Positions 49,801 to 61,500 of a DNA stretch of 64,000 nucleotides are shown here, piece by piece; the stretch's first letter is position 1, and each line of letters begins with the position of its first letter. The notes beneath the pieces were generated by a model. It ran no database searches. It was not told the DNA's origin and saw only the letters and a program-made list of their open reading frames with translations. Both the position numbers and the translations under genes were made by a program. The stretch is from Marsupella aquatica (Eukaryota; Plantae; Marchantiophyta): contig OZ316891.1 of NCBI GenBank assembly GCA_973895155.1, forward strand, positions 24,613,899-24,677,898, written 5' to 3'.

Positions 49801-50944
49801 GCCTCCTTTGCCAGCTTGTGATAGAGCTGTCGACATGCCGGGATGAATTCCAAACCATTGGCTGAATTCACGCAGGCCGCGAGCTTGGGGAACTTAGCGT
49901 CCCAGCTCTTGCACGCAGCAGTAATCATTGCCTCAGTCTCATGCTCAAGTCTCTTGGCATTCCACGGGTGCCCACGACCTGCGTCTTGTGCCATTTCCTT
50001 TGAAATATTGATTCGCCCCGCTTCAATGTTTGACCAGCTCATGATGTACACAGCTGCCTCTTTTGTCATGTTCTTGGAGTACCAAGTCTTCCCGTGGCCA
50101 CGATTTTGAGCCTTGAGGAAACCATCCAGCGTCTCCTTGGACATAAGCAAACTGTACTCCTCCAATGGAGTGTTTAACAGCTTCGCCACCCGATCGGCGT
50201 CATTGAACCATGACGTCCTCATGACAGTCGCGCTTATCCCGGACACGGCAAAGAATGTTCTTAGGTCTAACATTCAAACAGGGCAATCTTTGACAGATTG
50301 CCAATAGGGTATTCACACAAGGGAAACAATATTGTATACCTGTTGTTGCAAAATGTGAGTTACTTACGAGTTCAGAGCGTGCATTGCTTGCTCAACCTTC
50401 TTGAATCCGTCCTTTCCAGCGTTCAAAAGAGAGAATCTGACACACGGATGGTACTACGGTTGATCTAGAAACTCCTCCGCAACTGTAGACCAAGCTGTGT
50501 ACCTATGGTTTCCGTCAAAAACCCAAAACATCTTGTGCTTGAGCATTTTGAAGTCCTCTGACGCATCGCACTCTTGCTCAAACTGCTCATTGATTTCAGT
50601 CCACAGCAAGTCCCAATAGGGCTTGAACTCTGCCACTGTCCTCGTCTCCCCTGCTTCATTGAACTCAGTGATGTGGAACTCGCTGAGCTTACAACATAGC
50701 CGCTCTCTCTGAATCCTTTTTTTAGTTTGACCACTGACTCATCATGAAGATTCTTGACGGCCTCCATTGGCATGAGCCGGCATAAGGGGATCCGGGGAGG
50801 ATCTTTTTCAAACTTCATCTCATACTTGGAGACGATTGACTCCCAAGCTCCCTTCTCTACAATATTTGCTAATTCCGCTGCTCCTATTGGCTCGAACGAT
50901 ATTTGCTTTGGCTCAAACTTCCTCCTTGAGTCCACTGACTCCAC
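46842..50944 (-). pseudogene. Spliced, decayed gene encoding ParB-like domain plus degenerate beta-class DNA methyltransferase-like domain (transposon 2 cargo)
   Basis: ParB-like RIPLCRLMPMEAVKNLHDESVVKLKKGFRESGY...FWVFDGNHRYTAW (50454-50800). C-terminal ANLILIQMG, ARVFLDDEG and LQCIIEYTTKPGGTVVMFNAHFGAIFKAGENCGRMVVGTE. Confidence 0.65.
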
Positions 50945-51984
50945 AAGGGGACCACCTTGTGAGCGTGTTAGTCAAGATGTCACTGGCGAAGGGGACAAAG
51001 ACCATTGTTTCTTACTCCGCTGAGAAGTTCCGCTATCAACAGGTCCAGCGACAGAACCAGCCGAGTCTTTTCTCTTCACCATTGTGATCTAAGATTACAT
51101 GAGAAAACATTCAAGAATTACTTCACAATAACCATACATCTCGGCGAGCCCCGCCGAGCAAAATTTTTGACATGTCGAGCTTGCAACATACATTCAAATC
51201 GTGTAGACAGTCATGCAGTGAACAAAATTTCCAACCTCGGAGATGGGTGAAGCGCCGCGCTTGAAACTACAACCCGCTGAGAGTGATTCGACCACCGCCG
51301 ATTGAGACCTTCAAATCAGCCTTTGTAGCACAAAGCTTGAAACTTTGAGAGTCAACCGCTGCCGAGCTCAAACCAAACTGAGACCTTCAAATCACCTTTG
51401 CCAACCAGCACAGAGCTTGAAACTACGAGACTCGACAACCGCCAAGGTGAAGCCTTCAAAACACCTTCGCAAACCAGGGCACACGGCCACACTTGCCGAG
51501 AATAAGTGGAAGAGAGGAAAGCCAATGTGATTGGAAGACTGGGACAAAGAGCGGAGGGGACCTAGGAAGAGCGAGGATGCGTGAGGAATAACGGGGAGTG
51601 AATGAGACGGGGAGTGAATGATGAAGAGTGAGGAAGCACAGGGATAAGTGAGAACAACGTTGAAAGCCCTAACAAAGCGTGAAGAGCAAGAGTGACGAGG
51701 AAGAGTAAGGAAGAAGGACCCTCGTACCGCACATACCGCACCGGTGACAAGGAAGAGTAAGGAAGGACCCTCGTACCGCACATACCGCACCGCACGGAAG
51801 TACGCCATGGATACAAGAGATCCCCGGTACCGCACCGCACACAAGTACATGGATACGGGAGATCCGAACTATACTAGAGAACGTACATGTTGTTAATTAA
51901 CGGGCCAAACAAGAAAGTACGCGACCAAACAAGAAAGTACGTAGGTTCTAGGGTTTACGGCCCAGTACGGGGTATGAGATTTAG

Positions 51985-52240
51985 GGTCCAAATCTCAAAG
52001 ACCCTCGCCAACAATTAATTGCGGCCCATACTGAGACGTGTCAACATCTCAGAGCCTCGTCCCAAAGAGGAATGGGGGCCCACAATACGAGTCCAAATCT
52101 CAAAGACCCTCGCCGAGAATGGATAGCGGGCCAATACTGAGACATGTCAACATCTCGGAGCCTCGTCCCAAAGAGGGAATGGGGGCCCACAATACGAGTC
52201 CAAATCTCAAAGACCCTCGCCGAGAATGGATAGCGGGATT
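51985..52240. repeat. Tandem repeat, ~2.5-3 x 105 bp
   Basis: GTCCAAATCTCAAAGACCCTCGCC at 51987, 52091 and 52198. Confidence 0.85.
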
Positions 52241-53079
52241 GACAAAGACCTCTAAACCCTAAACCTATATACCCTTGGGTGGGGTATACAAAGCTGCAAT
52301 GAGACAGCACCGAGACAGGTATAGATCTCGGAGACCCTCTCCGAGATGGCGTGGTGTGCCACATCTGGCAGTCATCCTGTTTTGAGACACTCGCAAAAGA
52401 GGATTGTGGACAAGGAAGTTGACAATCTAAATCCAAAAGACCCCTGCTCCATGTCAAAGACCCTCACCAACATAGAAAGGCGTGCCCCAAATGTCTTCAC
52501 TTTATCTAGGAGATGAAGAACTTCAGACACCTTGTACTCTCGGAGACCCTCTTTGAGAAGGAGTAGTGTGCATGAAGTGGCAATGCCTCTAAACTCTTGG
52601 ACCATATCACGGGAGGAAAGGTAAGGCAGATCAGGCATCGTGTCTCTCGGAGATCCTCTCCGAGATGGAATTGAGAGGCACTAGTCCCCCGCCGTGGGAC
52701 CCAAGATGTCGGAGACCCTCGCCGAAATGGGACTATGGAACTAGAAACACTTCTCCGTACCATAAATCCATAAACTTTTTACAATTATCTGTACAAAACG
52801 ACTCGGCAACTCCAAATTGGGCGTTTTTTCCTCTACAATGCTCGAATATATCTCGGAGACCCTCGCCCAAATGGGATTATGGAACTAGAAATGCTTCTCC
52901 GTACCATGAATCCAATTTTTTTGCAAATATCCGTACAAACCGGAGTTTTCTCTCTTTTATAATGCTCGAATATATCTCAGAGAGGCTCGCCGAGTATGAT
53001 ATGCACTCCAAACAACCGACACCAAACTCTGAAGTAGACCTGCGCCAAGGAGGCAATCTGGGAATCCTACATCCAAATC

Positions 53080-54050
53080 CATCTCAGAGACCCTCACCGA
53101 GTAAGAGATGGAATCAAAAGTCGATGATGCTCCAACTCGGAGAGTCGATGTTGAACAGTCAATGTTGCAAAAACAACAAATCTCCTACTGAGAAACTCTC
53201 GCTTGCACAAGAGTGTGGGCCCCAAGAGTCCCGAATAGATCTCAGAGACCCTCGCCGAGTAGGAGTAGGGATAAAAAGTTGATGATGCTCCGACTTGGAG
53301 AGTCAATGTTGAACAATCAATGTTGAAAAGTCAACAAATTTCCTACTGTGAAACTTAGGAGTGTGGGCCCCATGAGTCCCGAATAGATCTCAGAGACCCT
53401 CGCCGAGTAGGAGTAGGGATAAAAAGTCGATGATGCTCTGACTCAGAGAGTCAATGTTGAACAGTCAATGTTGCAAAAACAACAAATCTCCTACTGAGAA
53501 ACTCTTGCTTGCATAGGAGTGTGGGCCCTAGGAGTCCCAAATAGATCTCAGAGACCCTCGCCGAGTAGGAGTAGGGATAAAAAGTCGATGATGCTCCAAC
53601 TTGGAGAGTCAATGTTGAACAATCAATGTTGAAAAGTCAACAAATTTCCTACTGTGAAACTCAGGAGTGTGGGCCCCTGGAGTCCCGAATAGATCTCAGA
53701 GACCCTCGCCAAGTAGGAGTAGGGATAAAAAGTCGATGATGCTCCGACTCGGAGAGTCAATGTTGAACAGTCAATGTTGCAAAAACAACAAATCTCCTAC
53801 TGAGAAACTCTCGCTTGCACAGGAGTGTGGGCCCCAGGTGTCCCGAATAGATCTCAGAGACCCTCGCCGAGTAGGAGTAGGGATAAAAAGTTGATGATGC
53901 TCCGACTCGGAGAGTCGATGTTGAACAGTCAATGTTGAAAAGTCAACAAATTTCCTACTGTGAAACTTGAGCTTGCACAGGAGTGTGGGCCCCAAGAGTC
54001 CCGAATAGATCTCACAGACCCTCGTCGAGTAGTAGGGATAAAAAGTTGAT
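53080..54050. repeat. Tandem repeat, ~6.5 units of 147-159 bp, with ATCTCAGAGACCCTCGCCGAG palindrome
   Basis: AATAGATCTCA at about 53233, 53381, 53540, 53687, 53845 and 54003. Confidence 0.9.
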
Positions 54051-54330
54051 GTAGGGCAAAGAGGGGATCGGGCCCGCATGATGGGACTTTCAAGACCACG
54101 ACGTGCAGAATGTACCACATCCACACATTGCAGAAATGTACCTTCTTGGCGGCTGCTGGCAATTAGGTACCTTCTTTGCGGTACAATTCTCGTTATAAGT
54201 ATGTTGCGGGTCATACGCTCGTTCTACGCACGTTGTATCATTATAAGTATCATTCCGGGTCATACAATTTCTCTATGCACGTTGTCCGGAACGGTATTCT
54301 TGGCCGTAACTGGTACGTACAGGTGCGTTA

Positions 54331-57300
54331 ATGCTGAGCCTCAAAGTTTGTCATTTTAAGGGATGTCAAATCATTCCCTATGTGGATTTGGGAAACATGG
54401 CCTCTCTTGTGATTATCACATCTTTAACGGGGGATGTAGTTGTTTTTCGTAATTCTAACGTTGACATTGTCCGAGTGACTAAGGAACATGAAGTAGCGAG
54501 CCGTTTTGGTTTGAAGGTAGGGGATTTCATGATTTATGAGGAGAGCAAAGACGGGTTGTCCACGTCTGCTGAATCCAAAGGAGATGGAGATGAGCGAGAG
54601 TGGTACCTGAAGTATGGCGCGTCTTATATTCTCTGCAGAAAGACGGGGTGCATACCAAGTGCACACCATGTCAAAGAGGGTCTCCAACATGAAGAACCTT
54701 CTCAGACGAGTACCCCTCGGTCGAATTCATTTCGAATGTGGGAGGATCTCGGAGATGGTGATACTCCACCAAAGGAGACACCTCGATCCAATGGGATTCA
54801 TGTCAGAGGGGGTCTTCGAGATGGTGAACCTTCACCAATGAATACACCTCAGTTAAACACATCCCAATTATGGGAGGATCGTGGAGCTTGTTATCGTCAA
54901 CCAAAGGAGACACCTCGTTCAAAGGCATCCATCCTCCGCGAGGGTCTCCAAGATGGTGATTTGGTATGGAAGGATGAGTTCCTTGTCAGTGTTGTTCATG
55001 CCATGTTGCACGGAAAAGGGACCTCTTGTTGTGTACAAGCTGCTCGTAAGATTTTGAGCATGAAATTGCCCGAGAGAGTTCTGCGATTGCCAGAATTCTA
55101 TGATGGAGACCATATTTTTGAGTTGCCACCCTTTACTGGTCCATACTCTAAGGGTTGTTTCTTCTTTGGAATGGAGCGCAAGAACGATTGTTACATGTGG
55201 AGCCGGTTAATTGAGACGGGAGCAAACATTGGCCCAAAGCTGAACAACAATAGTCACTCGTACAAGATCCAAAGCGTCAAGTGTTTGGGTTCTCTGCGAT
55301 GTCTGCATGAGGATTGTGAAAATTTTCAACAGCAACAAGAGCACAATTCTTCAAAGTGGACCTGAGATCGAGCAGGCACAAATGAGCTACCTTTCCCTGT
55401 TGGATGCGATGTTCCCCCGTCGAGTGTAATTTGTACGTACTGCAAGAGGCCTCCCAGGTGTATAGCTCGATGCCCAAGTGAGATGTACTATATCACTCCA
55501 ACCAAGGATGACGTGAATTATTGTCACAAGTCTCGTGTTGCGATGCATATAGGAAATCACACCCATCCTGCAATGTTCACGCATAACAAGGATCAACAAT
55601 CAGTTGTGCGCAATCTTGTGGAGGTGGAGCTGAAGAGGAGTCCGACTGCTATGCCGTCTGTTATCAAGGGCGAGGCAATACAGAAACTTAAAGATATCCT
55701 TGAAGACCCAGTGGCTAAAATGGTGACATCTGAGGAGGCAAGAGACCTTAATGAAATGTTGTCCATCCTCGGTGATGAATCCATTTTTTGCTCTATGATC
55801 AAGAGCATCAAGAAGTACAGTCATGTGTCGTCTGATCTTAACATGATACTGGAGATGCGGAAGGTGACTGCCTTTCTGTTTATCCAAAGTGTTTTGTTCC
55901 CATCCCAGAACGTGGGAACAGACGAGCGACCGCACATTTTTTAAATGAGTACGGAAGGTCCTGGTTCCGGGGTGGACCTTGTTCGAAGAATGCAGCCAGG
56001 CGGGGATCTTGAGCATTCATGGGTGATGTCTGATGTGATGCATCGTATACTTGACAACAAATGGTGCACCATGTCAGCACACGTGTATGACCATTTCTAT
56101 CGGGGCCTGTGCACAATCTTTGTTTGTGAGCTGGTTTCAGAAGATAGTGCGGCATTACAAACTGCATGGAAGGTCATGAGGAGGGTGTGTGGAGAACATG
56201 GGCTTATCAATGTTGAATTTTGTGGCTTTATGGCTGATAATGCTGCTGCTGGGTGGAATGCAATCCACAATGAATTTTGGGATGGAAAGGTAAATACCCA
56301 TAGAGAGAGGTCTGATGCGTTTCACTGGGCCCAATCAGTGGAGAGGGTGCAGAAGCACATTGTCCCACAAAAGAGTTTGAGCATAAGGAAATTCTAGATT
56401 CGCTTCAACATGCCGGCAACATAGTTCTTGCATTTCGAGTTTTTGAGAAGCTTAAGACGTGGTGGAGCGAGGGCAACGCGCTACCTGGAAAAGCGAAGGA
56501 GCTCACAACGTGGATGTCTTGGTGGATTGTTCGGTTTTCTCAATGGGGAAATTTTCTGAGACTTGTAAGTGTCTAACGCTTTTCCTCTATATGCATGAAA
56601 TCCGTCAAATCTTGGCGAAGCTCGCTGACATGGGGTCAGTTGAAGGGATGTTCAATTGGACGACCTCTGTCTGTAACGCTTTCTGTCAAATATCGGCGGC
56701 GGTCGCCGAGATATGTTTCCAATTGTATTGACATTCTTCTTGGAAATTGTAGGAGATGGACAGAGAAAAGGCTGCGCTGATGCCTAACCACAGCGGGGCA
56801 GAGTCGGTGCATGCGGTCATGCGGAAATGGTCCTCTAATAGAAAGGTTGGGTTAGTACAGTCCTGTAACTTAGATGCAACTTGAGCATTGAGCCAGGTTG
56901 CATCTTTGGAGCACTACCAACACAGTGGGAGGAAAGGGCGGGGACCGAGCCTATTTGAACTCCGACTTTGAGACGCTACTGCTGTTGGGAATGTGGAATC
57001 TTTCTTTTCAAAATTGAACACATTTATAACTCAACCAGAATTGCGTAAGTTCTTGTCGGCGGACCCACTTAGCGGAGATGTAGAAACGGTTTCTATGAAG
57101 CGCGGGAAGGCCATTTCTGGCGCTCATGTGGTAGTAGAAGATTCACACAGGCCTGACATTGTTCTGGTAACGAGACCAAAGAAGAGGAAGTTCAAGGGGG
57201 TTGCAAACAGGGACGCAACCTTAAAAAGCACAGATCCTGAAGTTGTGGATTTGTCTTCTGATGGCGGTAGTGGCTCGGGCGAGCCTGAAGTTGTCATTGT

Positions 57301-57545
57301 GGAACCTCTCCAACGGACGACAAGGTCAACCCCATGTCCGGAGCCCGTCAGAAGACATGTTCAGGAAACTGATTTGGTGCCAGGGACGTTATTTCTGGCC
57401 CGCATCTCAACATGTGGTAAGAGTCCCGGTTGTAGAGGTGCGTTCAAAGGCAAGGAATGGGGATTATGTGCTTGATTTATTAGAGAGGCAGGATTGAAAG
57501 TGAGCGGATTGGGTGTTGTTGGTATTTGTTGGCTGGCGGTGTCTT
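54331..57545 (+). pseudogene. Mutator-like (MULE) DDE transposase with GCM-like Zn domain; several stops
   Basis: KCLGSLRC...CTYC...C...HIGNHTHP, then WVMSDVMHR, GFMADNAAAGWNAI, DAFHWAQSV, WWI and AESVH. In-frame stops at 55363 and 55942. Confidence 0.72.
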
Positions 57546-58546
57546 GAGGATAAGCAAAGAGGTGGGAAAAGAGGCTCAAGGGACACGCAGGGTGTATGGC
57601 TGCTTGAGATAGGAAACGGTTGCAAACAAGATAAAGTAGACCCTAAGCACTTTCTTTCATCCATGTCATCACAAGCAAGCAAGCAAGCAAGCATGCTTTC
57701 AAAACTCAAGCCATTTACATACTCATATCCAATCACAATCAAAATAACTAGCTCAAGCTTCCCAATGTAATCCTCACAAGTCTAAGCCCAACATTCAATT
57801 GGTCACCATTCCTTTTCCAACACTTGATTGCACACAATCCCTTGCAACCTTCTAAGGTACACAAGTTCATGTGTACATTCAATGTGGTCAAGTTAAGGGT
57901 CACTCTTGGTTGTGGCTAAGACAAGTGGGACATCCAAAGGTATGCAAGGCATCTCTATGCACCATTCAAACATCCAACTTTTGAAACATGGGAAACTACT
58001 TTCGAAAAGTGACCTAGGGTTGGTCAACAAACTCCTTAACAAACATGGAATTGACCTTAGTCCCTTCCTCTAGTAGAACCACCAAGTATAATCCACAAAC
58101 AACCCATTCCATCAATAGAAAATGCCTTTACTCTTTACTCTTGCAACTTCCCTCATGCATAATAACTACTTTTGAAAGTACCTTCATTCAACCTATCTAC
58201 TTTCAAAAACACCTTCAAGCTCACAACAACATTCAAAAATGTCATGAAGACATTCATTCTAACCATTCCATCACTCATAGCCAAAGCAAGGCATCAACAC
58301 ACATCTCAAAAACGAGGATCATACCTCTCCTCTAAATGCATAGCAAGAAGGCACATGTAGCATCATGGCCTCCAAGTAAAAACATGGGTCACAAGCAAGA
58401 CCCTCCTAGCAAAAATGAATCATCACCAAGTCTAATCATCAACCAAGCATTCAAAATCCCTCCATAGCCTATCCAAGCTTCAAAACCCTAGTCTCCTTCT
58501 CTCATACTTCCTTCTATCAACCAAATCTACTTTCGAAGCTTCAAGT

Positions 58547-61500
58547 TGTGATGCCTAGACAGGAATCACTCGGCCGGTTAAGTGGGTAAAGCAGGAAGGC
58601 ACCCTAGGAACACCTTAGTATAGTGACAAAACAAGGAAAATATAAACAATTAGGGGCAACCATGGAACCCGGGCAGAGGCCGGAGGTAAGGCTGAGGGTG
58701 AAAACCCGATTAGGGTTAGGGCGCGTTAAGCATCGGCGGCTAGGAAGGATCAACGGGAAGAAGGACCGGCAGAGGAGAGGGGTAAGGAGCGCTTGCAGGA
58801 GATGGTGGCTCATTTGCGAGCACGAACTAGGCAGACGACTACGGGAGGCCAACTACTGTCAGCTGCTTAGGCAAGCACTCGGGGAGAGAGTAGATACCGA
58901 CGATCGACCTAAGGAGGGTATGAGCAACGTCAATCAAGCGGCACATTTCTAGGGATGCCTGTTCGAACGGGCAACTGAGTACATCAAGACTTACGAGGAC
59001 GAGGAGTCAGAAAGGGCAGCTCGAGAACGGCAGGAGCTCGCTCGATTGTGGGAGCTGCAGAAGACGGCTTTCTTAGGAGGCGAACTCATCAAGGACGAGT
59101 TCCTGTGGACGCCTACTTCCAATCAACTCGACGATCTTCTGTTTTGCAAAGACAGCGTCGTCGGCATCCGAGAGGCCATCAAGAACTGCAACGACATACA
59201 CTGGGAATTAAAGGGTAGCACGGAAAGGTGGACCCGGGCAACGGTGCTAGGAGAAACCTCCACGGCAGCAGAGATGAAGAGGAAGGGGGCCGTCAATGAT
59301 GAAGCCACCCCGGCAAAAAGAACGAGGTCGGCGGCACCAAAGAAGCCAGCCGAGCAGCAGAGCAGGAGGCAGGGAGAAGCCGAAGAGGAGGAGGTCGATC
59401 CCATCAAGGCCATTCCAACCAGGGATGACACCTGGAAGGTCTGGGCGGCAACCCTACCGGTGGAGGTGCAACTACATTTTGCACGGGAGGAGGATGCATG
59501 CTTTACGGCCATGCAGACCAAGAAGTACCAAGGCTTCATGGCCGGATCCAGCTTGGAGGCCTTTGTAAGATTACCATGGCTGAAGTCGGAGGTACCGGAG
59601 TCAGACCTATTAGAATTCGTGGGGTCATGGGAACCCGAGACCAATTGCACGAGGATATATGGGAAGGATTTCTATCTTACTCCCAAGGTGATTGCCGAAG
59701 TGTTTGGCTTGCCGATGGGCAATAAGACCAAAGTTGATACCAGGAAGACCTTGCCTGACAAGGAGTTCCGGTCGTTCCCCGGGCCATCAACGAAGAATGG
59801 CTTCTTCCGGAACACCTGCACCAACCCGCACATAGGAGAGATGATCGACTTCTTGCGGGTGACCATGCATTGTAACTTACCGAGGGCAGAGATCGGCAAG
59901 GCACAGGTCTATCTGGCAGAAAGGCCAGACCCAAGCCGGGACTACAACGGGTACCTCCTCAACCAATTGAAGAAGATCTTAAAGGAGGAGCAGCAGGTAA
60001 TCGGCATGGGGAGCGTGTCGCGGCTTGGCTATCACATGCCGCTGTTGTGCCGGTATGCCAGAGGTCAGACTTTTGCCCCGGTACTTCCCCTGCAGGTAAG
60101 GGCACCCGAGGAAGCTCCAACGCCGAGGCCGTTGGCTGAGAAGCCTCAACCACCTGTTAGTCCTACGATCGAGCAGGTGTTTAGGCCCAGGAAGGAAGAC
60201 TTGCCGATGCAGCAACCAGGCATGCAGAGTCTGCTGAAACTACTGGAGAAAGAAAAGAAATCGGCATCGGCAACAACAATGGCAACGGCAACAATGCAGG
60301 ACACTACTACAGAGGTAGGCCTACACCGGCTCACAAGAGAAAACCCCTTTGCTGGAGACAAGAAGAGAATCAGGCCAGAATCCAAGCCAGGTGTTCGAAT
60401 GTACGTGGGAACCTCAAGCTCCGAATCTGAGGCAGAATTGCCTGAAGCTCCTACCGAGGAAGAGGAGAGGGAGAAACCGGACGTCCAAGAGGTAGAGGAG
60501 GCAGTGGAGGACTGCAGCCATGATAATTCCGGCTATGGGTCGGACCATCACGTTCCAGGAGTAAGGACCTATGGCCGGTTTGTCCCCACACTTCCAAGGG
60601 TAGTGCGAGGGGACCCCAACCAGCAGAGTAGCCCTGAGTCTCCCCCACCAGATGTCGCTCCCCCGAGCTTCGACGGCATAAAACAGACGGTGCAGGAATT
60701 TCAGGAGCGAATCAAGCAGGAGAAAGAGGCCGCCCTGGCTAAGGAAAAGGATTTACCAGGAGGAGATTGGCCGGAGGACATCAGGCGGCTAGCCGAAAAA
60801 GGAAGCAAACCTCTAGCCACGATTGAAGAGATCCGCAGGACGGCGTGGGAGCAGAGGCCACGATGGGCGATGCCGATCACTTCTACTTACTCCACCTACG
60901 CTAAGAATAGAGCCATGGAGTATGGTGAGATGTGTGGGGAACTTGCGCTTGGCATCTTTGGAGAGGAGTTGGAGGTAGGACCCTTTTTTCACAGGGAGCA
61001 GTTGGAGAAGCACCAATTAGAAGAAGCGGTGGCTTTAGAGAGAAGCAAGAAGGACGAGGTCATTCGGCGGCTTAGGAGGATGGAAGCCGAGATTGAAAAT
61101 CTAAGGGCGGCCAAGAAAGCCCAAGATGAACTGCGGATTAAACGACATGAGCTGAACATCATGTAGGGGCAGTTGGACGCTGCGCAGGCTGATAATCAGA
61201 ATATCAAGGATAAACTGACTCAGACGCAGGAAGAGTTGGCCAACACGATCAAAGAGAGGGAGAAGTGGAAGCAAGAGCTGAAGAATACAGAGGAGGCCCA
61301 CATAACAGCCAACAACCGGGCCATGGCGGAGACCCAAAGAAAGGAATGGGCGTTGAAAGGGGAGCTCGAGAAAATCCGCGGAGCCCTTGAGCAGAAGGAG
61401 GTCGAGTTAGGGAAATCCTATCAAGGGATTATGGCGCTGCAGCAGGAGCTTGCGTCCCTGACGGCCAGCTTCAAGGCCGACCTAAGGGAGAAGGACGAGA

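Larger units (their letters stand above)
44448..57550. mobile_element. Large Mutator-like DNA transposon with ULP1 and ParB-MTase cargo (right end not found)
   Basis: Sharp junction in copia integrase at about 44447. Transposase at 54.3-57.5 kb. One palindromic motif is spread from 44720 to 56710. Confidence 0.65.

Noticed and set aside
57550-58546. A/C-skewed stretch with short ORFs and a CAAG microsatellite
   Set aside because: Probably another retroelement fragment, but no termini or domains could be identified.
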